A stretch of DNA of 64,000 bases from Candidatus Latescibacterota bacterium (GTDB lineage: Bacteria; Latescibacterota; UBA2968; SICM01): contig CBDCJO010000002.1 of assembly GCA_965217865.1 (NCBI GenBank), positions 2,944,001 through 3,008,000 of the forward strand, read 5' to 3'. The translations under genes and the position numbers were made by a program. Positions 51,824 to 62,552 of the stretch are shown piece by piece. The notes under the pieces were generated by a model. The model saw nothing but the letters and a program-made list of their open reading frames with translations. It made no database searches and was not told the origin of the DNA. Positions within the stretch are counted from its first letter, which is position 1. Every line of letters starts with the position of its first letter.

Positions 51824-53617
51824 ATGCCAAGAAGCGCGGTTATTTCGTTGATTCTCTGTGCGGGGGCCATCGTAACTCCCCTGTGTGCCTGGGCGGGGGA
51901 GGTCGCGTTTTTGAAGGCGGACCAGATCAAACCCGGCATGGTGGGGATCGGAAAAACGGTGTTCCGAGGAACCAAGATCGACACATTCGATGTTGAAGTC
52001 GTCGATGTGATGCAGAATGCATTGGGCCCCAAAAAGGACCTGATCCTCGCCCGGTTGTCGGGGGGGCCTTTACCGCTCGAAAAGACGGGCGTGATCGGAG
52101 GGATGAGCGGGAGTCCTGTCTACATCGAAGGTAAGTTGATCGGGGCCGTCGCTTACGCGTGGGGTTTTTCGAAAGAGCCCTATTGCGGGATCACACCGAT
52201 CCTGGAGATGCTCGATGCGATGGACGAGGCCACATCCGAAAGAAACCTGCGATCGGGAAGAAGGCGAAGCGATTTTAGGGTGAAGCAGGGCCGTGGCAGG
52301 TTCGTGGCGGAGTGGCGGGGAAACGCGATCCGACCTGTTTCAATGCCTCTGTCTGCGGGGGGGTTCGATCCGAAAGCCGTAGATCAGTTGCGGGCCGAGC
52401 TGGAACCCTATGGATTTTTTCCTATGCAGGGGGGAGGGGAAACGGAACCATCGAACCCCAGAGGTTCTTTCGAAGCCGGGTCTGCCCTCGGAATTCAACT
52501 CGTCCGGGGGGACCTCAGTTTAACGGGAATTGGCACGATGACGTTTCGAGATAAGGATCGGGTCGTGGGTTTCGGGCATCCGATGTTTCACGGTGGGCGG
52601 AGCAGCCTCCCGATGTCCTCCGCAGTGATTTACGGGGTGATTCCCAGCCAGCTTCTTTCGTTCAAACTGGGAGCCGCGTCTCACCCCCAGGGTTCGATCG
52701 TGGACGACAGGGCAACCGGAGTGATGGGCGTAGTGGGGAGACCCGCGCCCATGGTCCCGATGGAGGTAAGCGTCAAGACAGGACAGAGGACGGGGACCTT
52801 CCGTTTCGAGATCGTCGAGCATCCCGATCTAACACCCATTCTTACCCGGATCACCGTTTTGAGCACCCTGCTCTCCGCCGGTAAAGGGAGCGGTGAAATC
52901 ACGACCCGCACCCGTATTCAGATCCGCTTGGATGGGCATGCCGACGTGGTTCTGGAGAACACCTATTCGGGGGTGGGCGCCCTTTCCGGAATTGTCAAAG
53001 AGCTCGTTGATCCCGTAGTCGCTCTGATGCACAATCCTTTTCAGGACCCCCCGATCGTGGGTTTGCGGATCAAGGTCGAGGTCGAAGAACGTCTTCGTAC
53101 GGCAACCTTGGATGGGTTAGAGATCTCCAAGGCCAGGTACCGGCCCGGGGATGTGATTCGGTTTGAGACCCTGGCAAGGCCGTATTATGGACCTGAACAG
53201 CGAACCTCAGGCCAGATCAGTATTCCCATTCACGCCCCCGATGGCCCTTTGACTTTGCGGGCGGGAAGCGCGGAGGCCCTCGAAAAACTCGAAATCAAAC
53301 GCGCTCCGGGCCGTTACGTCCCTCAAAGTTTTGACCATCTTCTCAAGCTTATTTCTCAGAAGGAGAGAAACGACGACCTGATCGTTGAGCTGGTCTCAAA
53401 AGGTCGAGGTATAACCGTCGAGGGGGAGGAGTTTCCATCCCCACCTTCCTCGGTCCTTTCCGTCTTAAAAATGTCCCGTCATGCAGGGTCAACCGACGGG
53501 GTGAAGGGGACGGTCCTTTCGCGCCTCCGCATCCGAACGGGCTTCGTCCTTTCCGGAAAACAGGAGGCCAAAATTTTCGTTGAGCGGGATGAACGAGCGG
53601 GGAAACCGAAAAAATAG
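51824..53617 (+). CDS. Secreted SpoIVB-like peptidase S55 protein
   Basis: Signal peptide; IKPGMVG.GKTVF.G; GVIGGMSGSPVYIEGKLIGAVAY; GFGHPMF. Confidence 0.9.
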   Translation: MPRSAVISLILCAGAIVTPLCAWAGEVAFLKADQIKPGMVGIGKTVFRGTKIDTFDVEVVDVMQNALGPKKDLILARLSGGPLPLEKTGVIGGMSGSPVYIEGKLIGAVAYAWGFSKEPYCGITPILEMLDAMDEATSERNLRSGRRRSDFRVKQGRGRFVAEWRGNAIRPVSMPLSAGGFDPKAVDQLRAELEPYGFFPMQGGGETEPSNPRGSFEAGSALGIQLVRGDLSLTGIGTMTFRDKDRVVGFGHPMFHGGRSSLPMSSAVIYGVIPSQLLSFKLGAASHPQGSIVDDRATGVMGVVGRPAPMVPMEVSVKTGQRTGTFRFEIVEHPDLTPILTRITVLSTLLSAGKGSGEITTRTRIQIRLDGHADVVLENTYSGVGALSGIVKELVDPVVALMHNPFQDPPIVGLRIKVEVEERLRTATLDGLEISKARYRPGDVIRFETLARPYYGPEQRTSGQISIPIHAPDGPLTLRAGSAEALEKLEIKRAPGRYVPQSFDHLLKLISQKERNDDLIVELVSKGRGITVEGEEFPSPPSSVLSVLKMSRHAGSTDGVKGTVLSRLRIRTGFVLSGKQEAKIFVERDERAGKPKK

Positions 53618-53717
53618 GTCCAGAAAATAGTTCCAGGGTTCAGGTAAATTGAAGAGGAATCAAGGGTGGGTGGATGGCGGTGCGACCTGGAATCCGTCGA
53701 ATTGGAGAGCGAACGGG

Positions 53718-54608
53718 ATGAGTCGCAAAGCGTTGAATGAGGAACAGATCGAGCACTACCGTCGTGAAGGATACCTGGTGTTGCCGGAATTCTTCGGGAG
53801 AGACGTGCTGGAGCGGATCGACCGAACAATCGACCAGATAACGGAAGATGCCCTCCGGAAGGAAGATTACCGGGACATCCTCGAGGCCGAACCGCAGCCG
53901 CTTAATGGGCGTGCCGTCGCCAGGCGAATCTACAATCCGTTCGACATTCACGAGGAATTCCGGAAAATGGCCATGGATGAAAGGCTCCTGGATTGCGTGG
54001 AGTCGATCGTCGGGCCGAACATCAACATTCACCACAGCAAGCTCAATATGAAGCCGCCCCGGGTGGGGTCCGTCGTCGAGTGGCATCAGGATCTGGCCTA
54101 TTTCCCCCATACAAATGACGATCTGATTTCGCTTCTCGTTTACCTCGATGAGGCCACTGAGGAGAACGGCTGCCTTCGAGTCCTTCCCCGTCATCACACA
54201 CACTTTTTTGAACACGACACACCTGAGGGCAAATTTGCGGGAATGATCACCGAGAATCTGGAGAACGGTCGTTTCGGAAAACCCGTGAAACTGGAAGCCC
54301 TGGCAGGAAGCGTTATTTTCATGCACTGCATCACCCCGCACAGTTCTCTGCCGAATCGTTCGGACAAATCCAGGCGAACGCTCATCTTCGAGTACCGTGC
54401 AGCGGATTCCTTCCCGATCTATTTCGGCGATCAAACGAAAAAAATCGAGTCAAAATCTCGCCTTGCCCGAGGCAAGCCTTCCCGGTTTGCGCGGTTCGGC
54501 GGACCGAACCCCCTGATCCCCAACCTTGAAAGGCGCGTCTCTTCGCTCTACGATTTACAGACGGAATCCAAGGCTCGCCTGGCTGCGCAGGGGAACCCTT
54601 CGCGATGA
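53718..54608 (+). CDS. Phytanoyl-CoA dioxygenase family Fe(II)/2OG oxygenase
   Basis: YRREGYLV, WHQDLAY (HxD), ENGCLRVLP, PHSSLPNRS..RR. Confidence 0.92.
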   Translation: MSRKALNEEQIEHYRREGYLVLPEFFGRDVLERIDRTIDQITEDALRKEDYRDILEAEPQPLNGRAVARRIYNPFDIHEEFRKMAMDERLLDCVESIVGPNINIHHSKLNMKPPRVGSVVEWHQDLAYFPHTNDDLISLLVYLDEATEENGCLRVLPRHHTHFFEHDTPEGKFAGMITENLENGRFGKPVKLEALAGSVIFMHCITPHSSLPNRSDKSRRTLIFEYRAADSFPIYFGDQTKKIESKSRLARGKPSRFARFGGPNPLIPNLERRVSSLYDLQTESKARLAAQGNPSR

Positions 54609-54646
54609 GCGTGGACCGGGGGGGGGGGTAACGCGACCACGAAGAC

Positions 54647-55417
54647 GTGGAATATGGTTCTTCCCCTCAAGAAGGCCTCCTGAGCGGGTTCGCACTCGGG
54701 GAACGAAGCGTGAAGGAAAGCCCGCAAGAACATCTGCTGTTCCACGCCCCGCTGACGGATTCTCTCAACGCATCCTTCTCAGCGGGTGACGGCATGGCTC
54801 TCATCTCCCCGAATGGATCGGACCCATCGTTCGAGGATGACGGGATCCGAGCGGGCGCAAATTTTGCCCGAGACACCTGCGTCACCTATGCGGTGGAGGA
54901 GAATTTCAATCGCCAGGAAGGCACGGTGTTGTTGTGGTTCAAACCGGACTGGGATGCGCAGGAATTTCAGGATGATCTGGGTCGCATCATCTGGGACGTT
55001 AGAATCGTTCACGGGAGCGTCGTAGCGGACGATCCATCTCAGCGCTGGGCGCTGGTATTTCCAAACCCATCTGGAAAAGGCCGAGGACGCCGAAGCGACA
55101 GCACGTTCGGCTGCTGGCGTTTCTGCGTGGAAATCAATCGCAACTGCTTCGTGATCGGGACCCGGGAGCCCAGAAAGGACAGCCGCACAAGGCAGGCCGT
55201 GTTCGGGACACAACAGGAATTCAAAGCCGGCCAATGGATGCACCTGGCGGTGGGGTGGAACTCCGATACGGGTGTCATCTGGGTGAACGCCCTCGAGGAC
55301 CGAAGGGAAAAGCTAGAGGAGGGGCTGCCGGATCGCCCTCTCCCGGAGCGCTTGCAGCTGGGGGCGGTAGACCTGCTTCGAAACGGCTCTGATTCTTCAA
55401 GATCGTTCGACCAATAA
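54647..55417 (+). CDS. Hypothetical LamG/concanavalin-like protein, possibly C-terminally truncated
   Basis: EGTVLLWFKPDW and GQWMHLAVGWN resemble LamG strands; real start may be the GTG at 54710. Confidence 0.55.
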   Translation: MEYGSSPQEGLLSGFALGERSVKESPQEHLLFHAPLTDSLNASFSAGDGMALISPNGSDPSFEDDGIRAGANFARDTCVTYAVEENFNRQEGTVLLWFKPDWDAQEFQDDLGRIIWDVRIVHGSVVADDPSQRWALVFPNPSGKGRGRRSDSTFGCWRFCVEINRNCFVIGTREPRKDSRTRQAVFGTQQEFKAGQWMHLAVGWNSDTGVIWVNALEDRREKLEEGLPDRPLPERLQLGAVDLLRNGSDSSRSFDQ

Positions 55418-55433
55418 AGGTGAAATCGTCATT

Positions 55434-57509
55434 ATGAAACGTTATATCATCTTCTGTATCGGATCGATCCTCGCCATGTCCGGCGGCCGGGACGCCATGG
55501 GCGTATCACCGATGATCTGGCGGGACGATACATTCAAAGAGTTTGAGAAGGGGGAAACCAAAGGCGTCTCAGTGGCGGCGGATGGAAGCATATCCCTTTC
55601 GCCGACGCTCGGTGAATACGCCGACACGGAGGCCTTGCACGTCTGGTCCCTTGCCAGGGATAGAGACGGAGTCCTTTATGTCGGGACCGGAAATCGGGGA
55701 GAGGTCTTCAAGGTGAGCCTGGGAAGCGTCGACCTTCTGGGCGCTCTTCCCGGTGCTAAGATGGTCCACGCACTTGCAGTTGACCCTTCAGGCACGGTCT
55801 ACGCGGGGGTGTCTCCGGGAGGTGCGATCTATAAAATTCCGCCAGGGAAGACCCCGGCCTTTGTATGCAGCACGGGGACCCGATATGTCTGGGCTCTGAC
55901 CTTTACAGGTGAGGGGGAACTCTATGCCGCCACCGGGGGGGCGGGAAAAATTCTTCACATATCACCCGATGGGAAGATCCGGGAGGTGGGTTCATCTTCG
56001 GACGAGCACATTGTGGCCCTGGTCTCTGGGACCGATGGGGGGCTGTACGCGGGGACGGAAGGAAGCGGGCTCGTCTATCGGATCAGCAGGGAAGGTCGGA
56101 TGCAGGTTCTCTACGATTCTCCGGGGAAAGAAGTCAGGGGTCTGGCACTTTCACGGAGGGGTGTCCTTTTTGCCGGGTCGATGACCGGAGCCCTTCGTCT
56201 TGAAGAGGGGAAGATTAAACCCCAAATTTCGAAGTCCGGAAGCCAGGGATCAGGTGAAGGGTCGGATCTCTACCGCATATCCCGGTCAGGGTCCGTCCTT
56301 CATTTGTGGGCGTCCGATCAGCCTCTCTTGCTTTCGATGTTGATCGATGAAGAGGACAATCTCCTTGTGGCAACGGGGGATAGAGGAATCCTGTATCGGG
56401 TGGGTACGGATGGTGAGGCCGCCGTGGTGACCCGGTTCGAAGAGGGCCCCCCGCTTGTATTGATCAATGGAAGTCCCGGAGAGGTCTTCATCGGTGCGGG
56501 CAGTTCTGGAAAGGTCTTTCGAATGTCGAAGGAAGCAGAGACCGAGGGGTCGTTGACTTCCCATCGGTATGATTTTGGGACGACCGCCCGGTGGGGGAAG
56601 GTCTCGTGGCGGGCTGGGTTACCTGTGGGCACCGCAGTGGTCCTCCAGACCCGGTCCGGGCACGTGGAATCGTCGGACGAAGGTTGGAGCGGATGGTCAT
56701 CGGAATTGAAAGATCAATCAGGGAGCCAGATCGAGAGTCCCCCCGGGAGGTTCCTCCAATATCGGGCTCGTCTAACCTCGACGAAGCGCGGGGTCTCACC
56801 GGTCCTGAGAGAGGTGTCCTTGGCAGGGCTCCAGGAAAATCTGAGGCCGGGGATCACTTCCCTCGAGGTGATCGTTCCCGGGCGAAGCACCCCCTCTCCG
56901 GATCGGCTAAAGCAGGGGAATCCAAAAGGCGGTGGTGACCACGGTTCGAAACCGATTGAGAAAAGGAACGTGCAGATCCAGTGGGCCGCGAAGGACCCCA
57001 ACCACGACGAACTTTCTTTTTCGATCTTCGTGCGGGGTGTCGACGAATCGACGTGGCGTCTCCTCGAAAAGGATTTGAGGACGACCTCTTATTCCTGGGA
57101 CACCGAGTCGACACCTGACGGGACCGCACTGGTGAAGGTTGTCGCATCGGACCGTCTGCACAATCCGGAGCCGTTGGCGTTGTCTGTTGAGAGATTGAGC
57201 GAGCCCTTTGAGGTGGACAATACGCCGCCATCAGTTATATTTTTAAAAGCGCTAAAGATTGAAACCGGGGTATTCCGGGTGTCGGGAAGCGCTTCCGACG
57301 CGACGAGTCCGTTGAAGAGCGGAGATTACGCGATTGATTCAGGGGAGTGGAACATGTTCTTCCCGGCCGACGGCATCTTTGACTCAAGAGAAGAGAGGTT
57401 CGGGTTCAAGGTGAACGACCTCCCTCCGGGAGAGCACGTTGTTTTGGTTCGGATCACCGATGGCCTCGGGAATATCGGTGTCGGAAAGACCATGATCCGG
57501 ATGGACTGA
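55434..57509 (+). CDS. Secreted beta-propeller protein with C-terminal FN3/Ig-like domains
   Basis: Signal peptide; repeated D..G.LY.GTG..G.VY blades; W.A.DPN.D.L; VDNTPP. Confidence 0.85.
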   Translation: MKRYIIFCIGSILAMSGGRDAMGVSPMIWRDDTFKEFEKGETKGVSVAADGSISLSPTLGEYADTEALHVWSLARDRDGVLYVGTGNRGEVFKVSLGSVDLLGALPGAKMVHALAVDPSGTVYAGVSPGGAIYKIPPGKTPAFVCSTGTRYVWALTFTGEGELYAATGGAGKILHISPDGKIREVGSSSDEHIVALVSGTDGGLYAGTEGSGLVYRISREGRMQVLYDSPGKEVRGLALSRRGVLFAGSMTGALRLEEGKIKPQISKSGSQGSGEGSDLYRISRSGSVLHLWASDQPLLLSMLIDEEDNLLVATGDRGILYRVGTDGEAAVVTRFEEGPPLVLINGSPGEVFIGAGSSGKVFRMSKEAETEGSLTSHRYDFGTTARWGKVSWRAGLPVGTAVVLQTRSGHVESSDEGWSGWSSELKDQSGSQIESPPGRFLQYRARLTSTKRGVSPVLREVSLAGLQENLRPGITSLEVIVPGRSTPSPDRLKQGNPKGGGDHGSKPIEKRNVQIQWAAKDPNHDELSFSIFVRGVDESTWRLLEKDLRTTSYSWDTESTPDGTALVKVVASDRLHNPEPLALSVERLSEPFEVDNTPPSVIFLKALKIETGVFRVSGSASDATSPLKSGDYAIDSGEWNMFFPADGIFDSREERFGFKVNDLPPGEHVVLVRITDGLGNIGVGKTMIRMD

Positions 57510-57536
57510 ATAAAACGATAAAGGCTGAATCGGAAG

Positions 57537-58649
57537 ATGGGGTGTGGAGATGACACATATATGCGGCTTGCCCTCGATCTGGCTCAAAAAGGCATGGGCA
57601 CCACGAGCCCGAATCCGATGGTGGGCGCTGTGGTCGTTCAGGGGAATGTCATCGTGGGGCGGGGCACCCACGAACGACCAGGGGGGCCGCACGCCGAGGT
57701 CGGGGCTGTTGAAGAGGCGGGAAACCGGGCGGAGGGATCGACCCTTTACGTGACCCTGGAGCCCTGTTCGTCCAAGGGTCGGACGGACCCCTGCGTGGAT
57801 CTGATTCTGTCCAGGGGGATCGCCACGGTCGTCTGCGCGATGGTGGATCCGGACCCCCGCGTCTCCGGACGCGGGATTGAACGGCTCCGAGAGGAAGGCG
57901 TTCAAGTCACGGTCGGGCTTATGGAGGCCGAAGCACAACGGCTCAATGCGTTCTATGTAAAGCACAGGACGACGGGGGTTCCGTTCGTCATTCTCAAACT
58001 TGCCCAGACCCTGGATGGTCGGATCGCAACATCGGCGGGTGATTCCAGGTGGATCACGGGGGAGGCCAGTCGGAGGCAGTCACACCTTTTCCGTAGTCAA
58101 GTTGACGGGGTCATCGTGGGCGCAGGTACGGTTCGGGCGGATGACCCACTCCTGACGGTTCGCCATGTCCCCGGTACTGACCCCGCCCGGATCGTCGTCG
58201 ACAGCAAATTGAAGACTCCGCCTACCGCCCGTGTGTTTGGGAGGGGAAGGGTCATTGTCGCAACCACGGAGGACGCGGACGAAAATCGGTCCCGAGAATT
58301 GGAAGAAGGGGGGGCGGAGATATGGCGACTCCCATCGGCGGACGACCGGGTCGACCTCCGAGAACTGATGCACCATCTGGGCAGGAGGGATTTTTTGAGC
58401 GTGATGATCGAGGGGGGTGGGACGATCGCGACATCGGCGCTCAAGGCGGGAATCGTGGACCAGGTGAAGATCTTCATCGCATCGAAGTTGATTGGGGGCG
58501 GAGTCGATTCGGTCGGAGATCTCGGGATCGAAAAGATCGCAGATGGGATCCGGTTGGCAGACGTTGAGATCGAACGCATCGGGGACGATATTTTGTATAC
58601 CGCCATGGTTGATAGAGGTGATGCAACTCATGTTCACGGGCCTTGTTGA
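57537..58649 (+). CDS. ribD: Riboflavin deaminase/reductase
   Basis: TSPNPMVGA, HAE, TLEPC...TDPC, LDGRIA, SRWITG, IEGGG. Confidence 0.96.
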   Translation: MGCGDDTYMRLALDLAQKGMGTTSPNPMVGAVVVQGNVIVGRGTHERPGGPHAEVGAVEEAGNRAEGSTLYVTLEPCSSKGRTDPCVDLILSRGIATVVCAMVDPDPRVSGRGIERLREEGVQVTVGLMEAEAQRLNAFYVKHRTTGVPFVILKLAQTLDGRIATSAGDSRWITGEASRRQSHLFRSQVDGVIVGAGTVRADDPLLTVRHVPGTDPARIVVDSKLKTPPTARVFGRGRVIVATTEDADENRSRELEEGGAEIWRLPSADDRVDLRELMHHLGRRDFLSVMIEGGGTIATSALKAGIVDQVKIFIASKLIGGGVDSVGDLGIEKIADGIRLADVEIERIGDDILYTAMVDRGDATHVHGPC

Positions 58650-59274
58650 AGAGGTGGGCACGGTCCGCCGGAAAGAGGGGCGGGAGGGTTTTCAACGGAC
58701 GATTGTGGCCGCGAGTCCGCCTTTTCTGGATCACCTGAGGGTCGGGGACAGCGTTAACGTGGACGGTGTCTGCCAAACGATCGTAGCATGCGGCCCCCAG
58801 GGATTCTCATTCGAATCGATCGAGGAGACGCTACGCCTAACGACGCTGGGGAATTTAAAGGCGGGCGACCGGGTGAACCTTGAAAGATCTCTCCGTGCAG
58901 GGGATCCTCTCGGGGGGCACCTTGTTGCCGGGCACGTGGATGGGATCGGCCGTGTCGCGGATCGATCCGACCGGCTTACGGATTCCGTGTACAGGATCGA
59001 AATCCCAAAGGGACTTGAAAAGTATATCGCCAAAAAAGGGTCGATCGCGGTGAATGGGATCAGCCTGACGGTGGTCGATCTTAATGAGGGATGTTTCACG
59101 GTTGCAATAATCCCTCACACCATGAAAGCGACGAATATTTCGTTACGCCATCCCGGCGATACCGTGAACATCGAGGTGGATATGGTGGCGCGATACATCG
59201 AACGCCTTTTAGGGTCGAGGGCCTCTTCTGAGGAAGGACTCACAAACCGGAAGATGGCGGAGATGGGGTATTGA
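58630..59274 (+). CDS. ribE: Riboflavin synthase
   Basis: MFTGLVEE, GDRVNLER, GGHLVAGHVDG, KGSIAVNGISLTV. Confidence 0.96.
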   Translation: MFTGLVEEVGTVRRKEGREGFQRTIVAASPPFLDHLRVGDSVNVDGVCQTIVACGPQGFSFESIEETLRLTTLGNLKAGDRVNLERSLRAGDPLGGHLVAGHVDGIGRVADRSDRLTDSVYRIEIPKGLEKYIAKKGSIAVNGISLTVVDLNEGCFTVAIIPHTMKATNISLRHPGDTVNIEVDMVARYIERLLGSRASSEEGLTNRKMAEMGY

Positions 59275-59370
59275 AAACGAAAATCGGTTACGATACGTTC
59301 CTCACGCGTTCGGAACGGCTCAGGGCAAGCACGGAACTGATTGAGCGCGCAATTTATTGAGGGCTTCAGA

Positions 59371-60627
59371 ATGCCTCCAAGAAAAACAACGGTGTTTCGG
59401 TTCCATTCCATCGAGGATGCAATTAAAGATATTCGCCAGGGGAAGATGGTCGTGGTGGTGGATGACGAAGACCGGGAGAATGAAGGCGACTTCATCATGG
59501 CGGCCGATAAAGTCACTCCGAAGGCGATCAACTTTATGACCCGGCACGGCCGAGGGATCGTCTGTCTCCCGTCCACGGGCGAACGCTTGCAGGAATTCAA
59601 ACTCGACATGATGGTCAACGAGAACACCGCCCTGCACGGTACCCCTTTCACGGTTTCCATCGACGCCGTGGCGGGAACCTCAACGGGGACCTCTGCGCAG
59701 GATCGTGCGAGGACGATCTCAAAATTTGTGAACCCGAAGGCGGTGCCTCAGGATTTTGCCCGGCCCGGCCATATATTTCCGCTTCGATCCCGGCCGGGGG
59801 GGGTTCTCCGGCGTGCGGGACATACGGAGGCCGCCGTGGATCTCGCTCGCCTTGCGGGCCTCTATCCCGCCGGCGTGCTCTGTGAGATCATGAATGAGGA
59901 CGGTTCGATGAGCCGCCTCCCGGATCTTGTGAAGATCGCCAGTCGGTTTAGACTCAAGATCATCACCATCAAGGATCTTATCGCTTTCCGGCGGCGTTCA
60001 GAAAAACTCGTACATTCTCTTTCCGAGGTCAGATTGCCCACGCAGTTTGGCGCCTTTCGCTTGCATCTCTATGAAAGCGACGTTGATGAACGGAACCATA
60101 TGGCTCTGGTGAAAGGCGATGTGGATGACGGAGATCCCGTGCTTGTCCGGATGCATTCGGAATGTCTTACCGGGGACGTATTCGGTTCGCAGCGCTGCGA
60201 ATGTGGGGATCAGCTTCGGACGGCGATGGATATGATCGAGCGCGAAGGAAGGGGGGCCATCGTCTACATGCGCCAGGAGGGGCGGGGGATCGGCCTCGCG
60301 AACAAGATCAGGGCTTATCAGCTTCAGGACGAGGGTTATGATACGGTGGAGGCCAACCTGAAGCTCGGGTACAAAATGGATGAACGGGATTATGGAATAG
60401 GGGCACAGATCCTGGTCGATCTGGGCATCGAGCGGGTTCGCCTTTTGACCAATAGCCCTGCCAAACGGGTGGGGGTGGAGGCCCACGGCATTCAGATTGT
60501 CGAACGCGTCCCTTTGAAAATCAAACCCAATCCGTGGAACATTCGTTACCTACGCACCAAACGGGAAAAGATGGGTCACATGTTTGAGGAGGGGGATTTG
60601 AAACTCGATAAAGCTAAAAAGAAATGA
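59371..60627 (+). CDS. ribBA: DHBP synthase / GTP cyclohydrolase II
   Basis: [51 protein letters not shown]. Confidence 0.97.
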   Translation: MPPRKTTVFRFHSIEDAIKDIRQGKMVVVVDDEDRENEGDFIMAADKVTPKAINFMTRHGRGIVCLPSTGERLQEFKLDMMVNENTALHGTPFTVSIDAVAGTSTGTSAQDRARTISKFVNPKAVPQDFARPGHIFPLRSRPGGVLRRAGHTEAAVDLARLAGLYPAGVLCEIMNEDGSMSRLPDLVKIASRFRLKIITIKDLIAFRRRSEKLVHSLSEVRLPTQFGAFRLHLYESDVDERNHMALVKGDVDDGDPVLVRMHSECLTGDVFGSQRCECGDQLRTAMDMIEREGRGAIVYMRQEGRGIGLANKIRAYQLQDEGYDTVEANLKLGYKMDERDYGIGAQILVDLGIERVRLLTNSPAKRVGVEAHGIQIVERVPLKIKPNPWNIRYLRTKREKMGHMFEEGDLKLDKAKKK

Positions 60628-60673
60628 GACACTTGAAAACAAAGACCTTGAAGTGAAAACCAGTTGAGGGATT

Positions 60674-61150
60674 ATGGCAAATATCATCGAGGGTGATTTT
60701 CTTGCAACGGGGGAGATGCGGTTCGGGATCGTGGTCAGCCGATTCAACGAGCTGATCGGATCGAAACTTCTGGAAGGCGCGCTTGACTGTCTTCGACGCC
60801 ACGGGGCGGACGAAGATGGGATTCAAATCGCGTGGGTTCCGGGGGCTTTCGAAATTCCGTTGATCGCTCAAAAGATGGCCGAATCAAAAAAATACAACGC
60901 GGTGATCTGTCTCGGGGCTGTCATTCGGGGCGCAACCCCCCATTTCGAGTATGTTGCGAACGAAGTTTCGAAGGGGATCGCGCAGGTTTCGCTGACCTCC
61001 GGGGTGCCAACCCTTTTCGGGGTCCTGACCACGGACACCCTTGAACAGGCGCTTGAACGTGCGGGCTCAAAGGCAGGAAATAAAGGTTGGGACGCCGCCC
61101 TGGCCGCGATTGAGATGGTGAACCTGTTGAAGCGAATCGATCAGGCCTGA
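60674..61150 (+). CDS. ribH: Lumazine synthase
   Basis: [41 protein letters not shown]. Confidence 0.97.
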   Translation: MANIIEGDFLATGEMRFGIVVSRFNELIGSKLLEGALDCLRRHGADEDGIQIAWVPGAFEIPLIAQKMAESKKYNAVICLGAVIRGATPHFEYVANEVSKGIAQVSLTSGVPTLFGVLTTDTLEQALERAGSKAGNKGWDAALAAIEMVNLLKRIDQA

Positions 61151-61197
61151 CACAGTCTCATAGACAGTGAGTTTGTGCAGACACAAAGTCCTCATCT

Positions 61198-61656
61198 ATG
61201 GTCGACCCGAACGGTGACAAGGCGATTTCAGGGCGAAGAAAGGCACGGGAGGCTACGTTGCAGGCCCTGTTCTGGGTGGAAAGCTCAGAAGACCCGTTCG
61301 ATCAAGCCCTGAGCAGGGTCTCGGAAATGGCCCGGCTGAAGGATTCTTCCAGGGTTTTCGCCGTTCGACTGGGCAAAGAGGTGCTGGCACGTCGGGAGGA
61401 CCTGGACGGGGTGATCGCGAGCGTCTCAGAGCATTGGGATATCGAACGTCTTGCCCGGGTCGACCGTACAATCCTCAGGATGGCCTTAACGGAGATGCTC
61501 CGATTTGAGGACATTCCGGTCAAGGTGTCGATTGACGAAGCCATCGAATTGGGAAAGTGTTTCGGGGGGGAAGAGTCCCCGCGTTTTATCAACGGGATCC
61601 TTGACGCAATCATCAAGAGGCACGGGATTGTGAAGGGGCGTCCTGTCCCTTTGTAG
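61198..61656 (+). CDS. nusB: Transcription antitermination factor NusB
   Basis: RRKARE, DRTILR, VSIDEAIEL, FINGILD. Confidence 0.96.
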   Translation: MVDPNGDKAISGRRKAREATLQALFWVESSEDPFDQALSRVSEMARLKDSSRVFAVRLGKEVLARREDLDGVIASVSEHWDIERLARVDRTILRMALTEMLRFEDIPVKVSIDEAIELGKCFGGEESPRFINGILDAIIKRHGIVKGRPVPL

Positions 61657-61678
61657 GAATGGCGCAAAGGGAGGTTCT

Positions 61679-62398
61679 GTGCGGACCGCGATTCTTTCGG
61701 ACATCCACGGTAACCTTGAGGCACTTGAAGCGGTCTTGGCAGAATGCCGGGCGGTTGATATCGACGATTTCATATGCCTTGGCGACGTTGTGGGTTACGG
61801 TGCAAACCCGAATGAATGTGTGGAACGCGTGCAGGGCTTGACCGATTGCGTCATCGGTGGAAACCACGACCATGCCGCCGTGGGCCTTGCGGACCTCGCC
61901 TTTTTCAATTCTTATGCGCGGGACGCAGCCCTCTGGACAGCCAAACAGCTGAGCAAAGAAAACGCCGACTACCTTCGAAACCTACCCCTGACCATCGAAT
62001 CGGAGGAAGCCATCTTCGTCCATTCCACGCCTCACCAACCAGAGGCATGGGAATACGTTTTCAACAGTGAGGACGCGGAAGACTGCCTCGCACAGACCGA
62101 CCGGATGTTATGCTTCGTGGGCCATTCGCACGTGGCCTTCATATGGAAGGCCACAGGGAAGAGCGGCGAGATGGTCCGATCCGCTTTCATCGCTGAAGCC
62201 AGCCGGTTCGTGATAAACGTTGGAAGCGTCGGCCAACCCCGGGATCATGATCCGAGGGCAGCGTTTTCCGTGTGGGACCGATCGGCGAATAAGATTCAGA
62301 TTAACAGGGTGGAATACGACATTTCCAGCGCTCAATCCAGGATTTTGGCCGCCGGTTTGCCGTCCTTCCTGGCCGAGCGTCTCGCATTGGGAAGATAG
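61679..62398 (+). CDS. Calcineurin-like metallophosphoesterase
   Basis: SDIHGN, LGDVVGYG, GNHD, VGHSH, NVGSVGQPRD. Confidence 0.93.
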   Translation: MRTAILSDIHGNLEALEAVLAECRAVDIDDFICLGDVVGYGANPNECVERVQGLTDCVIGGNHDHAAVGLADLAFFNSYARDAALWTAKQLSKENADYLRNLPLTIESEEAIFVHSTPHQPEAWEYVFNSEDAEDCLAQTDRMLCFVGHSHVAFIWKATGKSGEMVRSAFIAEASRFVINVGSVGQPRDHDPRAAFSVWDRSANKIQINRVEYDISSAQSRILAAGLPSFLAERLALGR

Positions 62399-62407
62399 TT
62401 TAGAAGC

Positions 62408-62497
62408 AGAATACAGAATACAGAATATAGAATACAGAAGTTAGAATACAGGAGAAGACCGATCGTCTTTCCGTTCTGTATTCTGACTCCTGAATTC
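62408..62497. repeat. Heptamer (GAATACA-type) tandem repeat with a complementary downstream arm
   Basis: gaatacagaatacagaatatagaatacagaagttagaataca...ttctgtattctgactcctgaattc; same family at 7569-7680 and 17262-17305. Confidence 0.75.
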
Positions 62498-62552
62498 CGG
62501 TGGTAAAGGGGGGTGGGGATGGGGTTTTATTCCTTTTTTGGGGAGATCGCGA

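Noticed and set aside
54618-54628. G11 tract as a phase-variation switch
   Set aside because: Adding or removing one G does not fuse the ATG at 54605 to the downstream ORF; the tract appears intergenic.
57510-57536. FMN riboswitch before ribD
   Set aside because: Only 27 nt of intergenic space.
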